Shown in pieces: positions 1 to 13,122 of a DNA stretch of 64,000 nt. A program made the position numbers and the translations under genes. Origin of the DNA: Mobula hypostoma (lineage: Eukaryota); the NCBI RefSeq assembly GCF_963921235.1, contig NC_086097.1, forward strand, positions 136,278,001-136,342,000. The letters run 5' to 3'. Numbering within the stretch: the first letter of the stretch is position 1; every line of letters begins with the position of its first letter. Below the pieces are notes generated by a model. The model saw nothing but the letters and a program-made list of their open reading frames with translations, made no database searches and had not been told where the DNA came from.

Positions 1-657
1 AAAGGCGAACGGTATGCTGGCATTTATAGCGAGAGGATTCGAGTACAGGAGCAGGGAGGTACTACTGCAGTTGTACAAGGCCTTGGTGAGACCACACCTG
101 GAGTATTGTGTGCAGTTTTGGTCCCCTAATCTGAGGAAAGACATCTTTGCCATAGAGGGAGTACAAAGAAGGTTCACCAGATTGATTCCTGGGATGGCAG
201 GTCTTTCATATGAAGAAAGACTGGATGAACTGGGCTTGTACTCGTTGGAATTTAGAAGATTGAGGGGGGATCTGATTGAAACGTATAAGATCCTAAAGGG
301 ATTGGACAGGCTAGATGCAGGAAGATTGTTCCCGATGTTGGGGAGGTCTAGAACGAGGGGTCACAGTTTGAGGATAGAGGGGAAGCCTTTTAGGACCGAG
401 GTTAGGAAAAACTTCTTCACACAGAGAGTGGTGAATCTGTGGAATTCTCTGCCACAGCAAACTGTTGAGGCCAGTTCATTAGCTATGTTTAAAAGGAAGT
501 TAGATATGGCCCTTGTGGCTACAGGGGTCAGGGGGTATGGAGGGAAGGCTGGGTTCTGAGTTGGATGATCAGCCATGATCATAATAAATGGCGGTGCAGG
601 CTCGAAGGGCCGAATGGCCTACTCCTGCACCTATTTTCTATGTTTCTATGTTTCTAT
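1..657 (+). mobile_element. CR1-clade LINE (HER1-like), 3' part of ORF2 plus 3' UTR; relatively young copy
   Basis: ORF 14-559 has the CR1 C-terminal motifs LYKALVRPHLEYCVQFWSP, RRLRGDLIETYKI and RTRGHSL. It ends in a (TTTCTATG)n tail. Confidence 0.95.
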
Positions 658-729
658 ATAACCTAGAGCCCAATGTTCCCTTTTTACCCACAGTCAACAT
701 TGATTCCTTGAATCAATGAATACCCACAG

Positions 730-1192
730 TCAACAAGGAATGGAAGGGTTATCATATGAGGAACCTTTGATGGCTCTGGGTCTGTTCTCGCTGGAATTTA
801 GAAGGATGAGGGGGGATCTCATTCAAACCTTTCAAATGTTGAAAGGCCTGGACAGAATAGATGTGGAAAGGACGTTTCCAATGGTGGGAGAGTCTAGGAC
901 AAGAGGACACAGCTTCTGGATAGAGGGGCGTCCATTCAAAACAGAAATGCGGAGAAATTTCTTTATCCAGAGGGTGGTGAATTTGTGGAATTTGTTGCCA
1001 CATGCAGCTGTGGAGGCCAGGTCGTTGAGCATATATAAGGCAGAGATTAACAGGTTCTTGATTGGACATGGCATCAAAGGTTGGGAAATGGGGTTGAGGA
1101 GGAGAACAAAAAGGATCAGCCATGATTGATTGGTAGAGCAGACTTGATGGGCCAAATGGTCTAATTCTGCTCCTTTCTCCTATGGTCTTGTG
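730..1192 (+). mobile_element. CR1 LINE 3' fragment
   Basis: ORF 716-1129 has RRMRGDLIQTFQMLKG...RTRGHS, followed by the CR1 3' UTR (gatcagccatgat...gggccaaatgg). Confidence 0.9.
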
Positions 1193-2069
1193 ATTCGGAA
1201 TGTGGGAGCTTTCTGAGTGTGCACTTCGATCATTACGGGTTGGCTATGTTCTCATGGTACAGCAAGGACCATAAGGCAATTAGAACAGGAGTAGCAATAC
1301 AGAAATGAAAGTTTTCTTTTCATTCGGAATTCTCAGAAGACTCCTGAACCATGACCTTTCACCTGCATAAATCTTAATTCTAAGACAATATCTCTTTCAG
1401 AATATATTTGTCGTGGTCACTTATTGCATGAGTAATTTCTTAATAAAAGTTTCAAATAAGGCCAGTGTCATTGTGAAAGGCTGTTCCTTTGATGTGGAGT
1501 GGTAAGGATATTGACGTGAGTGCCTCCTTTGTGTGAGAGCTTTCTCGTGAGTGCCATTAGAAACATGAAAGCAAAACTAAATATTCTCTTGTTTCCTGTA
1601 CAAGTCCCACTCCGACTCCCTTTCCCCTGCCTGTGTGCACTGACCAGCTCAAGGAAGTCACTGGCCGGAGACAGAAGGTGGTATATCAAACTTCAGGACA
1701 TTTCCAGGGATATGAAGTCGATGTCCTTAACAAGGCCATAGACTGACTAGTAAGGCTGCTTTCGTGTCTGCAGAGAATGTGGAGTTTAGCAAGACCACAC
1801 AGGCTGTAGCCACCAGCCATTCACAGATACGCAGTAATAAAGGACATGAGTTACTCACTTTACAAAATGTTCATGTTTGACAATTCATCAGAGCTATTAG
1901 TGGGAGCCTGACCTTGTTCTGGCTGACTCTGGGAATCAATCTCCAGGGCCCTGACACTCAGTCTAATCTCCCCCAACCTCAGAAAGTGATGGCCGTGCAC
2001 TTATCAATGAATCACTGTGGGGGAGGATTCCTTTCTGTAACTTTGAGAGGGCTCCTCATGATTTGGATT

Positions 2070-2530
2070 CATAGATTCGCAGTGTAATGTAGTTCAGAAA
2101 CAGCCGTTTGTCCCAACTTGTCCATGCCAACCAAAGCGCCAATCTAAGATAGTCCCATCCGCCCGCATTTGGCCCACATCCCTCTAATCCTTTCCTATCC
2201 ATATATTTATCCAAATGCCTTTTAATTTTGTTATTTTACCTACCCCAGCAGCTCCCTCTAGCAGCTTGTTCCACGGATGAAATTTCTGCATGATGAAGTT
2301 TCTCCAGAGGTCCCTTTTAAATGTTTCCTCCCTCAACTTAAACCTATGCCCTTTAGTTTCAGGTTTCGCTGAGAAAAGGGACTGTGTGCATTCAACCTAT
2401 CTATGCCCCTAATGATTTTATAAACCTCTATAAGTTTACCCCTTGGTGTCCTACGCGCTGAGGAATAAAATCCCAGCCTGCCCAACCTCTCCCTATAACT
2501 CAGCTCCTCAAGTCTTGACGAAGTCCTGGA
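2070..2530 (-). mobile_element. Degraded CR1 3' fragment
   Basis: Reverse complement resembles the CR1 ORF2 end and 3' UTR (ggcatggacaagttgggac). Confidence 0.7.
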
Positions 2531-3024
2531 TGCTTAAGGAAGGAAAAACTCCTTTTCATCCCCGTGGATCATAAATTGAATGTTGCACTGACAGAATTTC
2601 CAGACAGATGCTTACAAAGGAACCCTTGGAACCAGGCAGCCATATCGGTAAAGGGTAATGTTACGTGCCTGGCAAATGACAAGCAGCAGCTCTCTCTCCT
2701 GCAGCAGTGTTTGGTCAGCTGACACTAAGCAAACACTAATAGGACGAGGAGTGGCCCATTTGGTTCAAGCATGTTCAGACTCTTCAGCCGATCTGGTTTA
2801 TGTCTACCACTCCACTCAATTTTCCAGCAATGTTATCTTCCATCACTGAAACTGAGGTATACATCCACTTATGCATCCAACCCTTTCTGATTCTTAGTTC
2901 TCGATGGTGCCAGATGGCAGACAAATGCATCCGTTATCTACCAGGTGAAAGGGAGTCTAACAATCCATCCATATCAATCTTGAACATAAACAACTACAGA
3001 ACATGTGGATCCCTCTGGGGAAAT

Positions 3025-3445
3025 ATTGCCTGGGGCTTGAGGGACTGAATTACAGAGAAAGGTTGAGCAGTTTGGGATTTTATTCACTGGAGTGTAGGAG
3101 AATGAGGAATGATCTTACAGAGATGTATAAAATCACAAGGAGCATAGTTAGGGCCAATGTGCACACTCTTCATCGCAGGTGTAAGGAATCAAGAACTAGA
3201 GGTCATAGGTTTAATGTGAATGGGAAAAGATATAACAGGAACCTCAGGGGTGACTTTTTCACCAGAGGATGGTCAGTATATGGAAGGAGCTGCTTGAGAA
3301 AGTGGTTAGGGCAGGTATGTTAACAACATTTAAATATAGCATTGACAGGTACATGGATAGAAAGGAGTAAATAGAAATAGGAGTCTTGGTTGGCATGGAC
3401 AATTTAGTCCAACGGGTTGAATGCATGCTATATAACTCTATGACC
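3025..3445 (+). mobile_element. Degraded CR1 3' fragment
   Basis: ORF 3003-3323 has RRMRNDLTEMYKI...RTRGHRF. Confidence 0.85.
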
Positions 3446-3759
3446 CTAATGTCTCTTAAGTCTCCATTTAGACCTCTCTGTGCAAAGGAGAACAATCTTA
3501 GTTTACCCACAGAGCCAAAAGTCCTTATTCCTTGGATTTTTTTTCAATCATTCCTACAGTTACAGTATATGGATTCAATGAAGTAGTTTATAATCTGACT
3601 GTTCCTTTCAGAAGGGACTGCATTATTGTTATTGGTATTGATTTATTATTACCACATCTGCTGAAATACAGTGAAAAGCTAGTCTTGTTCAATCACAGAT
3701 CAAATCATTGCACAGTGTATTGAGGTAGAACAAGGAATGTGAACCCTCTCAACCCTCTC

Positions 3760-4790
3760 AACCTCAACACTTTTGATGTTGATAGCAGCATGTGCACCAT
3801 CCCCCTTCCTAATGTCAATGACTTAGTCTTCTGTTTTGCTGACGTCGAGAGAAAGATTGTGGTTACTAAGCTCTATCCCTATCTCCCTATCTCCTTCTGA
3901 CTCACTGTTATTTGAGATATCGCCCACTATGGTGGTATCATCTGCAGACCTGTAGATGGAGTTAGAGCAGAGCCTAGCCACACAGCCACGAGTGCACAAG
4001 GAGTAAAGGACTGAGGATGCAACCCTGTAGAGTCCCAGGGTTCAAACAATCATGGAGGAGGTTTCGCAGTCTATCCTTTCTGATTGTGGTCAGGAAGACA
4101 ATGATCCATTTGCAGAGGTAGGTGTTGAATCCCAAGGTCTGGAATTTTGGTGAGGAACTTGTTTGGATTTATAGTTTGTTTGGAACTATTGAAGGCAGAG
4201 TTGTAGTCAATAAACAATAGTCTGATTTAGTTATCTTTATAGTCCAGACACCCCAGAGGTGAGCTTGGGGCCAGGAAGATAGTATCTAAAGCCGACCTGA
4301 CTTGGCAGTAAGCAAATTGCACTGAATTGAGGGTATCTAGAAGGCTGGATTTAGTGTGTGCCACCATGACTAGCCTCTCGAGGTCAGAGCCACCAGGTGG
4401 TACTTGTTAAGGCATATCATCTGTTTTTTTTTACAGTATGTACTGAGATGATAGTGGTCTTCTTAAAGTGGGTGAGAACCACAGATTGAAGCAGGGAAAA
4501 ATTATAAATATCTGCAAATACCACCCTGCCCCCCCGCCCCCCGCACAAGATCCAAGAACACGGCCAGGGGGATATTTAGGCCAGATGCTTTCTGCGGCTT
4601 CACTTTCCGGAAGACTGACCTTATTTTCACGATGGTGACTGTAGATTGAGGTGCACTGGAGGTTGTTGGGTAGGTGGTGATATACCCATTCCCTTCTGTT
4701 CAAAGCGTGCACAGAAAGCATTAAGTTCATTAGGAGGGGATGTGCTGTTGTTGGCAATACTGCCTGACTTTCGTGCTGTATTATAGTTGT
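3760..4790 (-). mobile_element. Degraded Rex1/Babar-like LINE RT fragment
   Basis: ELNAFCARFEQK (ORF 4627-4923) matches ELNAFHACFERE in the element at 30466-33207. Confidence 0.65.
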
Positions 4791-5059
4791 CCAATTTTTT
4801 GTAATGTTTATGCAGTGTGATTATTGTAATGTTATTTTTATGGTTGCTAAGTAAATCAAAGTTGATTGGCCCAAGGCACATGGAAATTTTCTGAGACGTA
4901 ACAGCAATAATTTGGCCTGGCAATATTGCTTCTACTTTCTAACTGAGGAAATCAGCCTCCGATAAACACTTAGTAGAGCCTTCCGTTGCCTTGATAAGTT
5001 AACAATGTTCACATAAATCATCACTTCAAGGTTTTAGTCATGATATAAAAATAAGTCAA

Positions 5060-6730
5060 TTTTCCTCTTTCAATATTTTTATTAATATTATATAAATTGC
5101 ATGAACACAAATACAAAATTCATAAGGATACAAGTAATATGAATTACATTACATTTAAATCACAATAATATGATCACAGTATCCCATATTCCAAATCAAT
5201 CATGTAGAAAAAAAGATTGAATTCTGAAATGAAATAAAATAAAATAATTTTATTTTATTAAAAAAAATCTACCCTCACTACCAAAATGAGCTGGTTGGTA
5301 AAAAAAAAGAAGGAAAAAAATACTTTACCATATAATATTATAATAATAATGGCTCAGATCCATACTTTAATAACTGTTCAAAGATTATGAAAATAACTCA
5401 GAAAGCGTCCCCATAACATTAGAAAATCATGTTTAGAATCAGAAATCGAACACCGAATCTTCTGTAGGTCAAGGCACAGCATAACGTCAGATAGCCATTG
5501 AACATGAGTGGGTGGGGCGGCCTCCTTCCACTTGAGCAAGATCACTCTCCTGGCCATAAGAGACATAAAGGCCAATACCCGCAAATCAAATGGCTTCAGT
5601 TTTGTAGCACTATCCTCAACAATACTAAACATAGCAGTCAAGGGATTGGGCTTAAAACTAACATTGAAAAGTACAGAAAAAGTTTGAAATACATCTTTCC
5701 AAAATTTTTCAAGGCTTGGACATGTCCAAAACATATGAATTAGTGTGGCCACTCCATTAGTACATCTATCACAGTAAGGGGAAATATCTACGTAGAAACA
5801 AGAGAGCTTGTCTTTAGACATATGAACTCTATGTACCACTTTGAATCGTAATAAAGAATGACGAGCACATAATAATGAAGAATTAATCAATTTTAAAATA
5901 ATCTTCCGGCTCTCTTCAGATATGAAAATCTGTGAATGCTTTTCCCAGTCTCCTTTAATCTTACCTAAAGAGGCCTTTTTCAGTCCCACAGCAACCCGTA
6001 AATGTAAGATATAGAACCGTTGTCAAAGGGTTTCAGATTAAAAATTGTATCTATTATATTCTTATCTAGACTTGTAGGAAATGTATGTAATTGAGATCTT
6101 AAAAAATCTCTAATCTGTAAGTATGGAAAAAAGTGGGTATTGGAAAGGTTAAATTTCGTTGAAAGTTGCACAAAAGAAGCGAGATTCCCTCCATCAAACA
6201 AATCCTGAAATCGTTTAATACCCAATCTATCCCATTCTTTAAAAGATAAGTCAATTATAGATGGTTTAAAAAACAATTGGAAAAGATGGGACTCGAGAGG
6301 GAGAGTCTCAATAAACCAAAATGTTTTCTAAACTGTAAACAAATCCTCAAAGTATGGTTGACCACCACATTGTCAGTTAGTTTATTTAAAGATAAAGTAT
6401 GTGAGGATCCAGGTCAAGAAATAATGGAAAATTTCATAACAGAGTTGACTTCCAAAGAGACCCATATAGGACAATTCTCATGGTTAATGTAATATATCCA
6501 GATCGTAATATTTTGTATATTAACTGCCCAATAATATAACCTAAAATTGGGTAAGGCAAAGCCTTCATTCTGTTTGGTTTTTTGAAGGTGTTCTTTATTT
6601 ATTCGAGGTTTTTTATTCTTCCATACATAGGAAGAAAGAATTGAATCCAAGGTGTCAAAAAAAAAGATTTAGGAATAAAAACAGGCATAGCTTGAAAAAG
6701 GAATATACATTTAGGTAAAATATTCACTCT
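5060..6730 (-). mobile_element. L1/Tx1-clade LINE, 5'-truncated ORF2 C-terminus plus AT-rich 3' UTR
   Basis: ORFs 6414-6650 (GFALPNFRLYYWA), 5980-6276 and 5378-5989 (CDRC...HMFWTC zinc knuckle). Confidence 0.9.
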
Positions 6731-8439
6731 TAATGTCCGTACAATCTGCACACTGTGTGAAATAACATGTTACTTCAGGATGAGAATAACGTAGAGACTT
6801 TAGTACTGGATCCATTGTGAATGCTCTTTGTAACAGTCAAGCAAATGTAGCACTAGGCTCCCTCTCAGCTCAAACTCAGTAAGTCACAGGCTTGTCTCAA
6901 GGATTTAACCCAGGCTGATCCTCTGAGCGGGTTTCTGAGATAACACTCTCAGCAAGATCTGACAACTTCAGCTGAGATGTCAAACTGCCTAATCTCAAGT
7001 AGGTTGAAGTGACAGGTACATTCTCCCAGATGTTCTGGCCAATACTTGTCCTCCAGTCAACATGACCATGTTACTACAAGAACAGAGACTACTGTTTCTT
7101 AAGTCATGATCACACTGTGTATATGGCCATAGAGGGCTTGTGACCTCCTGAGATGGTAAACATGACTGGGAAAATGAATGTTCTTCCTTCTCTTCATCTT
7201 CTGAAGCCATTCCCTGATCTTAGTGAACATAGAGATGTAAGTCCCAACTCATCACACAATTCTCTCATCAACTAGATCTCCATCTGCCCAACATTCCAAC
7301 GTGAACAGAGGTCTTTCCATAGTTCCTACAAAAAGTAGATGTAGTTAGATGTGAATGACAGAAACAACAATGTTATCTTGCCCAAGCACAAACAGTATGT
7401 TATTATTAAAACACTGTGATGTGGTGGTCCCAGTCACACTGGGTGGCTGGAGTCGAAATGGTTCTGGACAAAGGGACAGACATGGTCTACAGCAACCCAC
7501 AAGGCAAGGCTATCTATTTGTATTGTGATACTGGGCACTGATGGGATCATTGCCCATATCACCAGGACCCTGAAAACAAACAGATGCTTGTGTGAAATGT
7601 TTGGAAAGAAGAATATTCCCACCCGCAGGAAGCTTGTTGTACTTCTAACACCATTCAGAAGTTTCAGAATGTTCCAAAATGCTTCTCAGTCAATGAAGTG
7701 CAGTAATGTAGGAAAACAATGTCGTAGTGTTGGACATCAGATTTAAGATGACTGGTAACAGTGTAGTGATGTAGGAAACCAAATTTGAGATGGTTGGTAA
7801 AGAGCTAGAGGAAAGACATATTATAAAAACCGGAGGTTGACAAGAGAAGGAATTGGGCCTCAATCCTGTTTCCCCATTCACTGAGATTATGGCTGCTCTA
7901 ATTTCCCTCACAACCCTTCAATCTCTCATGGACCAATACTCATTCAGCCTCAGGCCCGAATATGCTCAGAGATTCAGATTCCACAGTTCCTTGGGGTAGA
8001 CAAAGGTTCATCATCTTCTGAGACCTTTAGTAAGATTTGCATGTCTATGAAGAAAGAGTAGGGCAGTGGGACTAATTGGGGAAATTGAGCAGTCAGCTAA
8101 CACAAGCATGATGGGCCCAGTGGTCTCTTTCTGCCCTGAATGCGCTGTGGATCCGGGATTGCTTGATTGGATATTTCCATGATCCTGAATGGTTTGATTT
8201 TTGGTTGTGCTGCACCCTTTGGTACAAGATTCCTTCACATAGCTCATCTTCCACCCTCCCCATGACCCCCCCTTCTCTGTTCATGAGCTCTGCTTCTGCA
8301 GCCCACACTGTCAAATGACTTGTCATCCCTCACAGCTGCTCGGTTTGTCCATTCTCCACTTCAACTGGATTATCAGTCAGTACAGTGAAAATCTACAATC
8401 TGTATTCCAATTTCAAGTGCTTTGGGACCCAGACCATCA

Positions 8440-8750
8440 GGTGCTAGTTTCTGCATTCTTTAACATACCAGAGCCCTTCTTACCAAGATTCTTTTAACAC
8501 ACGAGGGCCCTGACTGCCCCGTTCCCTTTAACACACCAGGCCTGGGTTCCCACACTTACTCTAACACAGTTCCTATGCTGCCTTTACTAATGAGAGCCCA
8601 GGTTCTTAAATTCCCTTTAAGACCTGAGGCTCTGGTTCCCACAGTCCCTTTAACACACCAGAGTCCATGTTCCCAAGCTCCCTCTAACACACTAGGGCCC
8701 CAGCTCCCCTATTTCTTTTAACACACCAGACTCCCTTTCACAGACAGGGC
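8440..8750. repeat. Degenerate minisatellite, unit about 33 bp
   Basis: The motif ccctttaacacaccag...ttccc recurs at roughly regular spacing. Confidence 0.55.
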
Positions 8751-9329
8751 TCCAATTTCAGCCCATCCTAGTAACTCACTTTTCCACATTCCCCTTGCAA
8801 AATCTTTGTAAAATAGTACCTTAAAGCTGTGTTGGAATATTAATCAACCCTCTGGAACATCTGCCAGCCCAGCACCACTGAAGTCCCAAGTGTACCAGAT
8901 AAATGGAGTTTTACTGTTTTTTTAAATTATTTTTTCAGATCGGTCATCTGACAAGGCCCATCCTCAATTGCTGTAACTGTGACAAGCTGCTGACTGTCTC
9001 TCTCTGTACTATTGGAAATATATTTAAACTTTGCAATATCCTGATATTCCAGCGTGTTCATTGTCAGCTGTGAAATCTATTTAAGAAATTTTGCCAAATG
9101 GCTTTTGGTTAGCAAAAATATGTCAGGTTCTTGTCTAAAATTACCAGTCAATTCTCCATGAATTGGAATGTGCAGAGTCCATTCCAAACCTCTCCCATCT
9201 CTGTGTGTAGAACTATTTCCAATTTGGTACACCTCAACAGTACATTCAAATTTAAATTCTATGAAATTTATGTACTACAAACTATGTACTTCGATAATAA
9301 ATTTACTTTGAACTTTGAATAATATTGCG

Positions 9330-9715
9330 ACAAGTTTTCTGAGCAGTGCCTGAGAAAGGCAGAGTCCATTTTAAGGACCCGCATCACCCAGGACATGCCC
9401 TCTTCTCACTGTTACCATGAGGAAGGAGGTACAGAAGCCGGAAGGCACACACTCAGCGATTCAGGAACAGCTTCCTCCCCTCTGCCATCTGACTTCTAAA
9501 TGGTCATTGAACCCACGAAAACTACCTCTCTTTCTTTCTCAATTATTTCTGTTTTTGCACTATTTTAAATTTATCTATTTAATATACATATACAGTTTAT
9601 ACTTACTGTAATTCATTTCATTTATTCTTTTTTCTATATTTTATGATGTATTGCATTGTGCTGCTGCCACTGAGTTAACAAATTTCAGAATATATTAAAT
9701 CTCATTCTGATTCTG
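9330..9715 (+). mobile_element. Rex1/L2-type LINE 3' end
   Basis: aaggacccgcatcacccaggacatgccctcttctca...aggaacagcttc, ending in a ttctga-type tail. Confidence 0.7.
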
Positions 9716-10249
9716 AAGTTTTTTAGGCAGAGGAAGCAGAGCTTTGGATTTTTGTGTCTAGTTACAATTTATGGTCAATGTGTTTGACGTTTTTTACATC
9801 TTTGTAATTCTATAATTAAAAGCTTTTACAGAGAGCTGTTGATAACTGGGTCACACCCTTGTCTCTGCTTCTGAAGGCTTTGAGTTCAAATGTTACACTA
9901 GGGAATTGAACACAAAACCCTGGACTGTCTATCCGACCTCTAATCCTAATTGATTGATGTGACTCAGTAATCCACACAAAAAAATCCTTAGCACATTTTG
10001 GCAATCTACAAATGCTATTCTTATTCGAGGATAACAATGGCCCATTTAAACAAATATTGGCTATGAAGATTATGCTTTTCTCTGTCAGCAAGAAACAGTC
10101 AGTCAGTTTAAGAACAAAAGAGAAACACTCTGATTGGCGGAAGGGAACCAGGGTCCCCGTTGTGATAAGGGGCACAGGAATCGAGGAATAAAGTAGTCTT
10201 GAGGATGGACAATATAAGATGATGAGACCATCACCTATCTCTTTGTTCA

Positions 10250-11585
10250 AAGTTCAAAATAAATTTATTATCAAAGTACGTATATGTCACCATATTCAAC
10301 CCAGAGATTCACTTTCTTGCGGGCATTCATTGTTGAACAAAAAAATGCAATGAACAACTACACACAAACAAAGACTGACAACCAATTTGCAAAAGGAAAC
10401 AAACTGTTCAGATACAAAAAGGAACAAATAATAAAAATAATGAATGAATGAATAAATAAATAAACAGACAAACAAACAAACAAACAAATAAATGGATAAT
10501 ACTGAGAAGATAAGTTGCAGAGTGCTTGAAAGTGAGTCCATAGGTTATGGAACCAGTTTTGTGTTGAGGTGAGTGAGGCTATCCCTGCTGTTTCAGGAGC
10601 CTGATAGTTGAAGGGGAATAGCTGTTCCTGAACTTGGTGGTGTGAAAACTAAAGGCTGATTTATACTTGTGCGTACTAGCTTGTGCCGTAGCCTACGCAA
10701 GTGGGCTATACCGTTGTGAGCATTTATATTCGTGCATTGGTGTGTCTGTGTCTTTCTGCAATTCACCGCCAAAACACTAGTCGGCGGTGGGGTTTTTATG
10801 CCACTGTGTTGAGTTTCTTCGTGTTGAAACTCAACATGAAGAAACTCAAACTTCAAACAATGGCGACTGAAACTGAAGGAGGGTGAATTTTCTGTGCTTG
10901 TCCGGCCACTGAGAGACATGGATGAGGAAATGCATTTCAAATATTTTCGAATGTCGGCAGGTAGATTTGATAATTTGGTTCATCGTCTCCAACCACTCAT
11001 TTCGCATCAGTGTATGCACAGTATACTCAGAGACTGGCAATTACCATTCGAGTTTTAGCTTCAGGTGGAAGTCAACAGGCTGTAGCAGCTAGCTACAATC
11101 TGGTGTCAAGCACAGGGTCCCCCATAATTTTGGAGGTCTGTAAAGCTTTATGGAAAGCATTGCAGCCAGAGTTCCTTCCCTGCCCTTCAGTCGCCCAGTG
11201 GGAAGCTATTGCAACGTAGGAGGAAATGCGATGCTACCAAACCAACCAATGACAGTTTTTGGTCTGTGTCGCAGGGTTGGCGTAGAGTACAGCGTAGGGT
11301 ACGCGGTAGTACATGTACCTGCGGCGCACATTTGACGTACAAGTATAAATCAGCCTTAAGACTCCAGTTCCTCCTTCCTGGTGGCAGCAGTGAGAAAAGA
11401 GCATGGCTTGGATAATGGGGGCCCTTTCCTGTGACAGCGCTCCATGCAGATATGCTCAGTGGTAGTGAGGGCTTTACCCATGATGGACTGGGCTGTATCA
11501 AGTACGTTTTGTAACCTTTACCATCTCCATACCAGGCACTGATAAAGTTAATCAGGATACTCTCCACTGTGCATCTGTCAAAGTT
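10250..11585 (-). mobile_element. Rex1/L2-type LINE 3' end, interrupted by a Harbinger derivative
   Basis: caaagttcaaa tail at about 10250. The host sequence resumes after the TAA TSD at 11357. Similar to the copy at 50900-52760. Confidence 0.7.
10653..11356 (+). mobile_element. PIF/Harbinger non-autonomous deletion derivative
   Basis: TIRs AGGCTGATTTATACTTGT / ACAAGTATAAATCAGCCT. TAA TSD at 10650-10652 and 11357-11359. Internal transposase N-terminal remnant [13 protein letters not shown]...[15 protein letters not shown]...[16 protein letters not shown]. Confidence 0.92.
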
Positions 11586-12889
11586 TTTGTTTTGAAAGGT
11601 TTGTGGGGTGTGAATTTGCCAAGAGGCTATGGAAAACGATGCAAGGCTCCTTAATATGGTTCACCTCAAGCAGCTGTTAATTTTGGAACTAAAATTGACA
11701 GCTCTTTATTAAGCAAAGACACTAAAGGCGAGAAGGTGAGATCACATCTCAGCCATAACCTCACTGAATGACAACAGGTTCAAGAGACTGCAGGGTTGTC
11801 TCCAGTTCTATGTTTCTTATTTATATATAAACGTTTATTCGCAAATTTGCAAAATATATATTTCCACCAGAATATGCACATATATCGAATTCAAATTAAA
11901 ACATAACCATCCTGGTCCAGGCACTCTCTAGCCTCTACAGTGCCCAATAATCCTGCGGACATCAAGTGCTCCCTCTCCAAGGACACCTGGACACTGTTGT
12001 ATTCTCAGAAAATTGGCAGGCGCTAGCTCAGCTGGAACCCCTACAGCCTATTGCCCGAACCTGTGAACAGCTACCTTGGCAAAGCTCAGGAGAAGACTGA
12101 CAGAGAGGTCCCCTGGCCAACTTGCCCTCCTCCACACTGGGTGGACAAGGATCCGGAGTGGGGCTGAGGTGCGATCAGAACTTGAGGAGCAGTCCCTTCA
12201 AACACTCAAAGAAAGGCAGCAACCTCTCGTGCTCAGTGTGAACACGAGACTCCACCAAGCCAGAGGAAGAGCAGCTGGCAAGTCCGTAGATGAGAGTGTG
12301 AGGATGGACCTACCGCTGGGACAAAGTCAGGAGTTAAAACCTGCAGGAATAACCAACCAGATATGGCAGCCTTAAGTCAGAGCACAGGCTCCATAACACC
12401 TAATGCATGTCGGGTCACTGTTAACACTGCAGGAATCTGTCATTCCTTGTCTGGGTCCCACCCTCTATTTCTTGCTATTGTCAAGAGGCTGAATGCATCA
12501 ACGGCTAGTTGTTGGGTGTTAATGGTCAGTATTTTAATTTAGTGACAAAAATAGTGACTTCATTTCCAGTTCCAGACTGTCAGTGGTGGGTGAAATTTCC
12601 ACCTGTCAGACAATGAAGCAAGAAGTGAGTCAAAGAGGTTTTTAAATCATCCTTTCAGTCAATGGTCAATCAAGTTTGCTCCTGTGTCTGACATGAAGAC
12701 TGACCGCAGCTGCTCCCATAATTACTGAAAACCCCAAGGGCCATGCTTCCTGGGGCTGGTATTTAGGGGATATAATGAGGTGGTTTTGAATTCTGCCAAC
12801 ATACTGTTGGAAAATGACTTTGACAGTATATGAATAGAAAGAAGGAGGTGTACTTTATCTTATTTTCACTTATTAATTTAGATTAGAGA

Positions 12890-13122
12890 TACAACATGGT
12901 AACAGGCCCTACCATCCCAAAGAGCTCACACTGCCCAGTTACACCAATGTGACCAATTAACCTTATTACCGGTACGTCTTTGGACTGTGGGAGGAAACCA
13001 GAGCACCCGGAGGAAACGCACACAGAGCTGAGGAGAACGTACAAACTCCTTAGAGACGGCAGTGGGAATTGAACCCGGGTCGTTGGTGCTCTTACACTAA
13101 CTGCTACCCTACCGTGCCATCC
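12890..13122 (-). mobile_element. V-SINE (HE1-like)
   Basis: The reverse complement has a tRNA-like B box (ggttcaattc) and the V-domain gagtttgtacgttctcc...gtttcctccgggtgctctggtttcctcccacagtccaaagacgta. Confidence 0.85.

Noticed and set aside
10920..11219. HARBI1-like host gene
   Set aside because: It is a frameshifted N-terminal fragment enclosed by TIRs and a TAA TSD.
12076..12375. 99-aa plus-strand ORF, or a minus-strand AG...GT bounded segment
   Set aside because: There is no recognisable homology, and the minus-strand segment has stops in all three frames.
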